Below are positions 11,800 to 22,942 of a stretch of 64,000 bases of DNA, piece after piece; within the stretch, counting starts at the first letter, position 1; each line of letters starts with the position of its first letter. The notes under the pieces were generated by a model. That model was given only the letters and a program-made list of their open reading frames with translations, made no database searches and had not been told where the DNA came from. Source of the stretch: Narcine bancroftii (Eukaryota); NCBI RefSeq assembly GCF_036971445.1, contig NC_091469.1, positions 353,152,001 to 353,216,000 of the forward strand. The letters are read 5' to 3'. A program made the position numbers and the translations under genes.

Positions 11800-12990
11800 G
11801 CCAACGATTCGCAACTGGTAGAAATCAGCGGGTCAGGAAGCAGCCACGTGTAACAGCGGCTCGAAATGACCCGAAACGTGATTCCCCTCCGCGGACGCTG
11901 TCTGGTCCGCTGAGTCCTTCCAGCTGCCCGTGGTTTGGTTCGTCCTTGTAGTTCTCAATGATTGGACCCAACTAATTGCCACCCCATCCCGAGGGGAGAC
12001 TGGTGCCCCTTGACGGGGCGAAACGTTGCGCTTTACCCCAGGCGTCGACCCCCGCAGCCTGGCTCTCAGCGGGGCAGCAGCAGCTCCTTCACTCTGTCTC
12101 CGATACTGTTCCAATACTTCATCTGTTGCAGGAGCGGCCGGGCGTGCCGCGGGCGGCCCTGCTCGAAAGCTCGGCCCACCTGCTCGTCCAGCTCTCGCAG
12201 TCGCTGTTCCACCGAGGCGGCGACGCGCTGGATACTGGCCTGGCTCTCGGCCTCGGCCAGCCGCTCGTTGAGCTCCAGCACTGCGCCCAGGAAGGCGGGG
12301 TCGTCGGCTGGGGCCTCGTCCTCCGCCGCCAACCGCTCGTCCGGCAGCTCCAGCCCCAGCAAGTAGAGGCCTCGGGACACGGGCCTGAGCAGCGCGGCGT
12401 ACGCCTCGTTGAGCAGCGCCGATTGCTCCTCCGAGTAGCGGCGCTCGGTCTCGGAACTCCGGCCGAAGTTGTCCGGGTGGAGGGCCCGCTGCAGGCGCCG
12501 GTGCGACTCCCGCAGCCGCTCGACGTCCAACCGGAAGCGGCGCGGGAGTCCCAGCAGCTGGAAGTAATCGAGCCGCCGGTCCGGGGGCTGCAGGGCCCGG
12601 CAGGAAGGGCAGAAGAAAGAGGACGGTTCAGGGCTTGCCCCGCACCGCCAGCACCCGGTCGCGGCGGGAGAGAACGCACGCAAGCCGCTCGGAACAGCGG
12701 CTCGGTACCAGAGCTCGAGGTCTCGGCCCAGGGGCTGGGGACCCGCCCCAACCGGCCGCCTGAGTTCTTGAGCGGCGCGTGAACGCCGGCCCGTCAGGAC
12801 GGCCAAGCGAACCGTACGCATCAAGGAACAGAACATCGCGGAAAGGCAGCTGGCGCCAGGCCAAGCATCGGCGTCACTGGCCGGCCCGCCCTCTCTGCCT
12901 GTCGGCCCGCCAGCCAGCCAGACTCCCACGACAGCGCCCCCGGTCTCCGAGACGTCGGGCGGTTACACTCTCCCGTGACCCAGTCATTCA
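11800..12990. promoter_or_regulatory. CpG island covering the HSCB gene and its probable promoter
   Basis: Abrupt shift to very GC- and CpG-rich sequence against an AT-rich, CpG-poor background. Confidence 0.8.
12066..12836 (-). CDS. HSCB: Mitochondrial iron-sulfur cluster co-chaperone HscB/HSC20, single exon, 256 aa
   Basis: Arg-rich presequence MFCSLMRTVRLAVLTGRRSR; tetracysteine motif CWRC...FFCPSC followed by ALQPPD..DYF; J domain LQRALHPDNF...LLNEAY...SRGLYLL; C-terminal domain FL..VLELNERLAEA...MKYW. No introns, stops or frameshifts. First ATG at 12836 (the ORF track starts at an upstream GTG). Confidence 0.95.
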   Translation of the reverse strand: MFCSLMRTVRLAVLTGRRSRAAQELRRPVGAGPQPLGRDLELWYRAAVPSGLRAFSPAATGCWRCGASPEPSSFFCPSCRALQPPDRRLDYFQLLGLPRRFRLDVERLRESHRRLQRALHPDNFGRSSETERRYSEEQSALLNEAYAALLRPVSRGLYLLGLELPDERLAAEDEAPADDPAFLGAVLELNERLAEAESQASIQRVAASVEQRLRELDEQVGRAFEQGRPRHARPLLQQMKYWNSIGDRVKELLLPR

Positions 12991-13162
12991 AGGACTCGGA
13001 CCTCATGGACACTATAGCACAATACAGGCCTTCAGCCATCGATGTTGTGCCGACCCATATATATTTTTAAATATATTAAACCCTCCCTACCCTATAACCC
13101 TCGATTTTTGTTTCATCCAGTCTCTTAAATGCCCCTAATGTTTCAGCCTCCATCACCATCCC

Positions 13163-13826
13163 ATGGGTGCTTCTTGGCATCCCCACGGCTCCAATAGAAG
13201 ACTTTGCCACATCTTCGGTAGAGTTGGTATACTGTGCCCCACTGATGGTTCCAGACGAGTTTGTGCCCGTGGCACAGAGGAGACACTTCGACAGTACTCA
13301 CAAGACTCCCAAGAGAAGGTAGGAACACTAGCTCCTGTCCCAACCTAGTGCCACAGCCTGACAACTTCCTCTGGGACTGTGACTTTTTTTTGTCCGCAGG
13401 GGCATGCACCGGACTCTACTCCAATGGCTAAACAAGGGCCCGTACAAGGTGGTGCATAGACGTGAGTAGTCATGAAACGTTCACCATTGACTGCCTCAAG
13501 CTGGCGCACCTAGACCCTGTGACTGTGCCACCCCCATGCTCATGAGGTTGGCCACCCAAACAGAATAAAGAGATATTGGCTGTGGAGTCCATAATCTCCT
13601 AATGCTAGTTCATGTGGTGGCTCGCCCACACAGGTGGCAAATTGAGTCACAGGCAAGTCCACGCAGATCTGACTGTGAGAGCTCTGCGTGCGGGTCAAGC
13701 CCACAGCCTGATATCATGAAGGTCCCGGGAGTCGTAAGCATCAGGGATTTAAAGACGTGAGAATTCTATTAAAGTCCATTGGTTCAACTCACTTTCAACT
13801 CTGTGTGATTCTTCCACCTGCTGCAT
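13163..13826 (+). mobile_element. Degenerate Gypsy (CsRn1-like) integrase 3' fragment plus probable LTR remnant
   Basis: Reads WVLLGIPTAPIEDFATSSVELVYCAPLMVPDEFV, close to the WVLLGIRTAPKEDL..SSAELVYG..L.VPGEF integrase motif. GPYKVV and TIDCLK follow downstream. Confidence 0.65.
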
Positions 13827-14189
13827 GCCTGGTGCTCAGTTTTTTTCTCATTTTCCCCCACCCCCAACCCCCCCACCCCACCCCCGTGTGTGTATCCAGA
13901 ACTAAAGGGCATTACCTCAAGGTGTGAGGGGCAAGATTAAACAGGGACCTGAGGGACAACTTTTTTCTCCACTCACTAGTCTGTATCCGATAGAAGCGGT
14001 ACAATTTCGGAATTCAAAAGACATTTTGACAAATGTATTGATAAATATTCGGAAAAATGTCGGCAAACGGAAGGAACCAACTTGGAACTTGGAGTTCCTG
14101 CTTAATGGGTTTATGACTCTTCAAGATAAATCTTAATTTTCAACTAATTTTTTGAACTTACTTAATTGCGATCTACAAAAGCAGCTCAC

Positions 14190-14313
14190 CTTACTAGCTA
14201 CACGGACTGCGATGAAACATGGTCTTGTCCTTCTCAATATCAGACCAGACTACAAATGCACACAACAGTTCCGACCAAAAGCAACCCAACGTGCCTCGAA
14301 GATTTTAGTTGGG
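14190..14313 (-). other. Candidate 5' UTR exon of ASTE1 (or of an ASTE1/HSCB shared leader)
   Basis: Strong donor AAG|GTGAGC at 14190; possible acceptors ttttgcttcactccag| (14313) or gcatttgtag| (14249). The ASTE1 coding exon begins with an acceptor, so an upstream exon is required. Confidence 0.4.
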
Positions 14314-14469
14314 CTGGAGTGAAGCAAAAGTTATCCATAAAAGAAGTTGTGCGAAAATAGAGCAGAATTTGAAATATTCTATCTGTATTTCAGAACAATA
14401 GATTTAGAACTAGAATCACTCCACTAATGTGGTCGATATGCAGGCTGAGGGCCTGTATGCAATTTTCTG

Positions 14470-14900
14470 GTTTTTTTTAAACTTTATTTATGCATTCAAA
14501 AAACAAATAGTACATAACATATACAACAATTAACCATAAGCATTATTTTTATATATATATATATATATATAGAAAAAAGAAAAAAAAAGAGAAACCTCCC
14601 CCCTTCAACCAACTCTCCTAAGGAGAGCCATAAAGAAACAAAAAGGAAAAAAATAAAGAAAAATTAAATATACATATTAAGATCTAATCAATGTAAATTG
14701 AAATGTAAATATTCTGAGTATAACAATCACTTATTAATAAAAAAACTATAATTATCACGTGAAACATATGTAATTTTTTCCATTATTAAACAATATCTCA
14801 TCTCATTATGCCATCTATTAATATCAATCATATTTGTATCTTTCCACGTACGAGCAATACATTTTTTCGCTACAGATAAATATACAAAAGCAAGTTGAAG
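14470..14900 (-). mobile_element. L1-clade LINE 3' end fragment
   Basis: LSVAKKCIARTWKD...WHNEMRYCLIMEKITY matches the C-terminus of the L1 ORF2 seen at 31737-32075. Poly(A) signal and A-tail lie near 14470-14490 on the minus strand. Confidence 0.75.
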
Positions 14901-15019
14901 CCTTTCAGAGGCTTTGAGTTTTCTGTTTTGAGATTTGGAGTACATTATGAATACTTTCTACACGTTAAATATTAATTTTAATAACACACCAACAACAAAT
15001 AAATTAACATTCTTAATAA

Positions 15020-15210
15020 GCGAAGTGGTTCTGTCGTGTGTCGGAAGAAGTGGTGGCCATTGTGATGACGTCACCGTGAAATCGGTCTATCTCCTAGGCT
15101 TTGCCAATTTCCCGATGTACTCCACGCCGTCGCGTGGCGACCAGACGCGAAACCCCGCAGATCCGCCAACAGGTCAACAAGGTGCAGATGTATGGCGCGA
15201 AAAATAGGTA
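15020..15210. promoter_or_regulatory. Probable ASTE1/NEK11 bidirectional promoter with candidate NEK11 non-coding first exon ending at 15207
   Basis: Local CpG cluster; palindromic CRE TGACGTCA (15066-15073); ETS-like CGGAAG; X-box-like palindrome GTCGCGTGGCGAC (15129-15141); E2F-type TGGCGCGAAAA (15193-15203); plus-strand donor AG|GTATAT at 15208. Confidence 0.55.
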
Positions 15211-16326
15211 TATTGCACCCAGGGCATTGTTTGAGGTCATTGCCACCGACATATAAGCAGCATTCTTGGCGTAGGGCTTCCTTTTCTCAGTGGGTGGGCA
15301 GGTAGGTGCATAGCTGAGAATGAGTCTGTGCAAATGCAGAGAAGATGTACGTCATTTTTAATTAAAAAAAATAGTTTGACCCGTTTGGTTTGAGAAACTG
15401 ATGGAAACAAAGTATAATTTCTGGCGGAACAAGGAAGTCTGCAGGTGTTGTGAATGTAGTTTAATTATACTCAGCGGGCCACGCGGCATTCGTTGTGTAG
15501 CAACGATACATACCAATGTTTCCATTCAGGCGCCTTGATCACGGGCTCAGGTCTGCAAAGTTGGGTATGTATCGTTGCGACGTGAAGAACGCTGCGTGAC
15601 TTGCAGAGTTCCTCCGGCACTTTTGTGTATAATTTCCAGTTAGTATCTCGTTATATTTATAGAGATTTGACCGTATTAGCTGCTCTTTTTAGTTTGGTTT
15701 GCAGAGTCCAGCAAAAATCTATATTCGTTCAGTAATTAGAAAGGAATTAACTGGTTTTATTGAAAAATCTTCCGTTTTCCGATGATCAGCTATTTCTATC
15801 AGCGAAGAAGAATTCCGTGCAGTTCCTCCACTCCATCAAAATGCTTTAAAATGCCGTTTTGATTTCTCCTCCGTCTTTTGTTGTGGGATCCGTGGAACCT
15901 TAAATGGGAACAACAACCTGTTGCACGGTCCAGTTGGGTTTGCAACACGAGTTTCAAGCACACAAGTTGACTTCTGTGAGAAAACGAGCTGCTGGGGGAA
16001 CTCCGCGTCCAACAGTAGAGAGGCAAACAGCTGCTTTGTGTAAGTAATAGTATCTCCTTTCTCAATTAAAGTTTCGACCCGAATGATTGACAATTTTTAC
16101 CTGGTCAGAGTTTCTTCAACAGCTCATTTGTTTGTTCAAGGTTATGGTACCTACAGGCTCTTTTTTTTCACACATTTCTATGTTTGCCATTTGTTTCCCT
16201 TGGAAACTTTGGCAACTTTTAATGACGACATGCTAGTCCAGGTCCAAGATTATCGCTATGAGTAGGTGCTGGGGAAGGCTTGACAACTGTTTTTAGGAAA
16301 AGTGCAACTAAGTTTACGGTCTCAGA

Positions 16327-19300
16327 GTGGTACACCTCCGGCCTACTGCAGGGGGCAACCTCTGTGCCTGCAGGAGTGTAAGGGGACATGACAACACCTG
16401 GCCAGCTGTCAATCAGTCGGCCTGAATGGATCAAGCCCCACCCGGTCGGGTGTCAATCACCCTCCAGGATATATGCCTGCGCCGGCCTCCCAAAGTCTCA
16501 CTCAGTTACTGCAGCTACAGCCAGCCTGGCTCTGTGGAAGTCTTTGTGGATTAAAGCCTGTTGTACAGTCTTTACCTTGTGTGTGTCTGATTCAGGCTAA
16601 CAGCACACGGCAATATAATCCACAAAATTTTCCCACGGCTGCCATGGAAAACTCCTGAGCGGAGGGAGCCTTGAAGTCGACCCACATCACCCAGATGCCC
16701 AGACACGCTTTGAGATCTGGCAGCACATGGTCGAGGTAATCATCGAAGCACACGAAGGCAGTATCCTGGACTCGGATCAGAAGAGGTTGGACCTACTCCG
16801 GTCAAAGCTGGGTCCCCGCGCCATCCAGGCAACCAAAGGCTGCTTCACGTACAAGAGCGCAATGGACAACCTCAAGAACTTGTACAAGCCCCCCATGAAT
16901 GTGGTCTGTGCAAGGTACCTCCTCAACACCCGAGTCAGCAACCCGAGGAGATGACTGAGTCTTACCTGGGACACCTGCGAGAGTTGGCCTGACCATGTTT
17001 GGCTGAACCCGGGCTACGCTCGAGGGCCATCCAGCAGAGGCTGCTGGAAGACAATATCTATGCCCTAACCAAGATAGTGGAAGTGGTCCAAACCCTGGAA
17101 GCGGCAGCCCTGCACATCGATGCCTTCGATTCCAGCTTCCCTCATGGCCCTCTCACTCTGCAGTCCCAGACTGAACTGGAGACGAGAACATAGCTGTGGC
17201 AGGTGCCCGGCGCCCCTTGAAGTACTCTGGGTCCTGGTGTGGATCAGACTGACGATCGCACCAAAACTGCCCAGCTAGGAACCTGTACTGTTCCCGATGC
17301 GGTAAGAAAGGCCACTTTGCTAAAGTATGCCTCTCAAAACCAACCGGCAGCTCAGCGGCCCTCTATGACCTCCCCCCCGGACCCCTCCATGTGCACGTGC
17401 TGGGCAGTGCCATTGTCCCCGCTACAACTTGTGCAGTGTCCGGCCCCGCCAGTGATGATTGCATCGTGTGCCCTGAGCACCTGGACCAGCCCTCGCCAGC
17501 GCAGCTCACCGAGAACCAGAACCAAAGTGATGTCACTTCCGGCTGAAGTGATGACTTTACTTCCCTGGCGCAACGAACATGGCTGGGGAAGGAGGCCAGC
17601 CATGTGGCGGGACCAAAAATGCCGCTGCCATCTTGGGCCAGGCAGTGGCCGACACAGAGGGCCCCTGACGACGATGTGGTCAACACGAGCGATGACCAGG
17701 CTGCCCCACCGATACACCCCACACCTCTGGGCGTCATTGGTTGCCACACGTCACCCCATGACCGACGTCGATGTGGTCAACACGGGCGATGACCAGGCCG
17801 CCCTACCGACGTTCCCCACGCCTCTGGACACCGTAAACCACTGCACACAGCCGGAGAGTGACAACTCCAACCCCGAAATGGTCCTGGCTGCAACCACTCT
17901 GACCAGGGACATCCCTCACGACCTTGGGCGCTCTATGATGGGTGTGCAAGTCAATGGGCAGGTAACAAAGTGCCTGTTCAACAGTGGCAGCACCGAGAGC
18001 TTCATTCACCCGAGTGTGACCCACTCCCTGAGATTAAAAGTCCACCCCACCACCTGCTCAATCACCCTCGCCACCAAGGATAAGACTGTTGATACCCTTG
18101 GCATTGCTCGGCCAATATAACTGTGAGAGGGGAGACCTACACGGGGTTCAGGCTCCTGGACATGCCCAAACTCTGTGCCCCAGTCGTCCTGGGCCTGGAT
18201 TTCCAGTGCCAGCTGTGGAGTGTCACCCTTGTCTTCTGTGGGACACAATCTCCACTCAAGTTGCACAGCGCGCCAACCTACCAGTCTCAACCAACCTGTG
18301 GCCTCTCCACACTAAGCATCACCCCACCGGCACTCTTCCCACATCTTACACTAGGTTGCAAGCCAATCGCTGCCAGAAGTAGGCACTATTACACCGCAGA
18401 CAGAGACTTCATCAAGGCGGAGGTGCGGCGACTCCTGGTAGAAGGTGTCATAGAGCCCAGTAACAGCCCTTGGAGAGCCCAAGTCCTGGTGGTCAAAGGG
18501 GAAAATAAGCCGAGGATGGTCATGGATTACAGCCAGACCGTTAACTGGTACACCCAACTGGATGCCTACCCCCTGCTGAGAATAGCCGACATGGTCAACG
18601 AGATAGCCCACTACCGGGTTTTCTCCACGATTGACCTGAAGTCGGCGAATCACCAAATTCCCATCCACCAGTAGGATAAACCCTACATAGCCTTTGAGGC
18701 AGATGGGCACCTATACCAGTTCCACCGTGTTCCCTTTGGGGTCATGAACAGGGTTTCCATCTTCCAGCGGGAGATGGATAGCATGGTAGACCAGCACAAG
18801 CTAAAGGCGACGTTCCCGTATCTGGATAGCGTCACTTTCTGCAGCTGTGACCAGCAGGACCATGATGCTAACCTGGAAAAATTCCTCCAGACGGCCACTG
18901 AGCTGAACCTCACTTACAACAAGAAGTGTGTGTTTAGCACCACCCGACTCGCCATCCTGGGGTACATCGTGGCCCATGGGGTCATTGGCCCAGATCCAGA
19001 AAGGGTGTGTCCATTAATGGAGCTACCTCTTCCCCCCCATGCTAAAGGCCCTCCGCAGGTGCCTTGTCCTATTCTCCTATTACTAACAGTGGGTCCCTCG
19101 CTTCTTGGACAAGGTCTGCCCACTGGCCCAAGCAACAACTTTTCCCCTCCCACCCGAGGCGCAGGCACCCTTCATCCGCATCAGGCAGGACGTTACGGAC
19201 GCCACAATGCAGGCCTTGGATGAGGACTCCCCCTTTCCAGGTGGAGAGCGATGCCTTCGAGGTAGCCCTCGCCGCTACCCTCAACCAAGGGGGGCACCCC

Positions 19301-21091
19301 GTCACTTTCTTCTCTCGGACCATCCATGGCTCCAAGCTAGGGCATTCCGCCATTGAAAAGGAGGCCCAAGCAATTGTGGAAACAGTCTGGTACTGGTGCC
19401 ACTACCTGGCCGGCAGGAGATTCACCCTCCTCACTGACCAGCGGGCCTTGGCGTTCATGTTTAACACTACCCACAAGAGCAAGATCAAGAACGCTGGAGA
19501 GTCGAGCTGGCAACCTACAGCTATGACATCCAGTACAGCCCCAGAAAGTTTAACGTCTCCCCTGATGCCCTCTCTTGGACTTGTGCCTCTGCTATCCGGG
19601 TGTCACCAGGTTGTAGTACTTCATTAAGTCCCGGAACCTGCCATATATCGTCAGGGACATGACCGAGGCCTGCCGGGTCTGCGCGGAGTGAAAAGCCCAT
19701 TTCTTCTGCCCATGCCAGGCCTATGTCATAAAGGCCACCTGGCCTTTCGAGCGTCTCGGCATGGATTTCAAAGGGCCCCTGCGTTCCACAAACCAAAATG
19801 TCTACTTCCTCATGGTTGTGGACGAGTACTCGCGCTTCCCTTTCGCTATCCCTTGACTGGACACCTCCATGACCACCATCATCAGGGTCCTGGAGCAGAT
19901 CTTCACCATGATTGGCTACCCTGCTTTCATCCACAGCGACTGGGGGTCTAGTGTCATGAGTGATGAGCTGCGCCAGTACTTGACGGCGAGGGGCATTGCG
20001 ACTAGCTGCACAACGAGTTATAACCCGGGAGGCAATGGGCAAGTGGAACGCAAAAACATGGTAGTCTGGAAGGCAGTCCTCCTGGATCTCAAGTCAAAAA
20101 GGTGGGCAGTTGAGTACTGGCAGGACGCCCTGCCCGAGGCGCTCCATGCCATTCAGTTGCTGCTGTGTATGGCTACCAACGAGACCCCTCATGAACATCT
20201 GTTCTCATTCCCCAGGAAGTCAGTGACGGGAATGTCCCTCTTAGCATGGCTCACGTCCCCGGGACTGGTGCTCCTGCATAAACACGTATGGACACACAAG
20301 GCCTGGTCAAGCAGGTCTTTTTCCTATATGCGAACCACAACTACGCCTACGTTAGGTTTGGCAGTGGTAGGGAGCACACCGTCTCAACCAGGGACCTGGC
20401 ACCAGCAGGAGCACACACCACTCCTTCAGTACAGGATGACGCCAACTAGGCGTACATCCCCATCCCCAGGCAGCTATGGGTGCGCAGGACCTCCTTGACC
20501 ACCAGGGGCCTGCTTCAGCCCTGGGGGACAAACCTGCCCCCCCTCCCCTTCCAATACGACTCTCACACGTCGACCCTTGCCTCCTCGGCCACCCCTCCGC
20601 ACAGCACCACACCAGTCACACAGACCCCTGACTCCAGCACCCCCCCTCCCCCCACTTCCCCACCGACCAGTGACCAGGAGCCAGTCCTACAACGGTCACA
20701 GAGACCCCGGCAGCCACCAGATCGTCTCAATCTGTAAATATTGTATTTTGTATAGTGGGTATGATTCCTTGTTACTGCCTCCCCCCCCTGGACAATTTTA
20801 AAGAAGGGGGTGAATGTGGTGGTACACCACCGGCCTACTGCAGTGTGCAACCTCTGTACCTGCAGGAGTGTAAGGGGACAGGACAACACCTGGCCGACTG
20901 TCAATCAGTCAGCCTGAATGGAACAAGCCCCACCCAATCGGGTGTCAATCACCCTCCAGGATATAAGCCTGCGCCGGCCTCCCAAAGTCTCACTCATTTA
21001 CTGCCTGGCTCTGTGGAAGTCTTTGTGGATTAAAGCCTGTTGTACAGTCTTTACCTTGTGTGTGTCTGATTCTGGCTAACAGTGCACCACA
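16327..21091 (+). mobile_element. Near full-length defective Ty3/Gypsy LTR retrotransposon (gag-PR-RT-RH-IN)
   Basis: LTRs at 16327-16612 and 20815-21091 (TGTGGTG...CACCACA). TSD CAGA (16323-16326, 21092-21095), with the first 4 nt of the 5' LTR missing. Polypurine tract (PPT) AAAGAAGGGGGTGAA; gag ATG 16644; protease LFNSGS; RT SPWRAQVLVV, DYSQTVN, LDAYP, FPYLDS; RH ESDA, FFSRT; IN HSDWGS, YNPGGNGQVER. Many frameshifts and stops. Confidence 0.95.
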
Positions 21092-22942
21092 CAGATCTTG
21101 CATTACTTATTTTTTTGAACATGAAACAGAACACTGCAGACCCCTCATTGTTATGCCGACCTTTATATTCCTTCCAAAAGAAAATTAAGCTCTTCCTACC
21201 TCAGAGCCCTCTAATTTTCTTTCATTCATGTGCCTGCTGCCAGAGTCTCTTAAATGCTCCTAATGTTTCAGCCTCAGCCACAACCCCTGGCAAGGCATTC
21301 TAGGCACCCATAGCTCTCTGTGTTTAATTAGTTTTGATGAAAGTTTCTATGTCAAACAGTAAATTCCAAATCTCCACAATTCTCTCGGCAGATAAAATTT
21401 TCCTTAACTCCATTCTAATTGTTACATCAATTAATTGGACCCATTATTTGCCCTGTTTTAGCCTGTCATGACTTTAAACACCTTGACTTAAATATTTTCA
21501 CCATTTCTTTTGATCCAAAAATACAACCCCAGCCTGACCAATCCTGTAATTCTTTAGCAATGGGAACACTTTGCTAATCTCTTCTGCTTCTTCACTAGAA
21601 TTTGATGGGTTCTTCACTCAATATCACTTAACTGATGTCCCATATGTCATCTTACTGCTTTTGTTTTGCATTTCTTGGTGGATAAAGGTATCTTATTTGT
21701 AGCCAACTTGTTCACCAATTCTACAATCTTCAGGGAGGATAAGATCTATCTATTCTTTTCATTTAGTGTCTTCTCAATTGTAATGTGTTCCCTCATCTTG
21801 AGTTCCTCTAATGCAATACCTCACCTGGGTTTGAGTTCTGCTCACAACTTTCGTGTTGTCCTTACCAATCCAACAGTAGACAGACAATTTTGGTGTCTTC
21901 ATTAAAACTGTTAATCATTGCCTCTTTGTTTAAATCCAAGTTATTAATATACACTACAAAAAACAAAGAACCTGCTGATCTTTGAACCTCTCTGCACCCC
22001 AAAACTCTTATTGACCATTGTTCTCTACTTTTTCCAACTGAGCTAATTGTAAGTTAATTTTCTACTTTCCCTTGAATTCTAAAGACTTTTATTTTGCTTT
22101 TATTCTGTTTTGGGATCTCTTTTTAATATGTTCATACCATTTAAAGTTGTAAAATCTTGCCAATGTGCAGATTATACCAAGCAAAACAAAAGGATTTCAA
22201 TATACTTGGGAATAGGGTAGATATTACATTCAATATATTGAAATAAGCAAATCTTGTTAATATAATGACTAGAATGGATCTATTACTTAAATGGAAAGAA
22301 AATATGTATGGAAAAAATATATTTTGAAAAAGTTCATACTGTACAAGTTATTGATACATCTGCACTTGGAATACTATAAACAGTTATCACCGAAGTACAA
22401 GTAAGACATCGAAGTGATACAGTCAAGATCAAAAAGTTTGGGATTATTAGAATAGCTTTGAGTATTTTCTAATCTATATAATTACCTCAACTGCACTTTA
22501 TTTCCTTTTAGGGCAAAATGTTTGTAATATACTACATCAAGGATCAGAATGATAATGCAATAATTTAACTGGTTTCTCATACAATGTTATATAAGTGATA
22601 GATTTGTAACTGGATCTTGTTTGCTAACGTCTGGAGCAGTAGGAACAGGAGTCTCAGTAAAGGATTAGTCATAACTATAGTAACACAACAGCAAATGTGG
22701 TCTAAACATGTTTTGATTTTCTTACCAACAGAGAATAAAAGCACTCATGTTACTTATCTTCATCAGCCTAATTATTAATGCAGTGTGAGAACTACAGGTA
22801 CATGGTCCTTTCACCTCACACCCGGTTTCCTGCAAGGATTCCATTCCTTTCTCTCAATTTCTCCTTATCTGATGCATTTGCTTCCGGATTGAGGGATTTC
22901 GTGCCTGATCATAAGAAATGCCCTCCTTGAAACTAACGGATT

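Noticed and set aside
11976-12782. 268-aa plus-strand ORF and other ORFs overlapping HSCB
   Set aside because: Antisense or alternative-frame shadows expected in very GC-rich coding DNA; no recognisable domain.
12837-12929. 31-aa N-terminal extension of HSCB in the ORF track
   Set aside because: Starts at GTG and is acidic/Gly-rich, unlike a mitochondrial presequence; the ATG at 12836 gives a typical one.
15440-15630. Inverted repeat (GCAACGATACATACC / GGTATGTATCGTTGC) near the promoter as a regulatory RNA
   Set aside because: Matches the inverted termini of the Penelope-derived repeat seen at 7235, 43030 and 52510, so it is repeat-derived.
17239-18120. 293-aa ORF as a novel gene
   Set aside because: Frameshifted Gypsy gag tail joined to the protease region.
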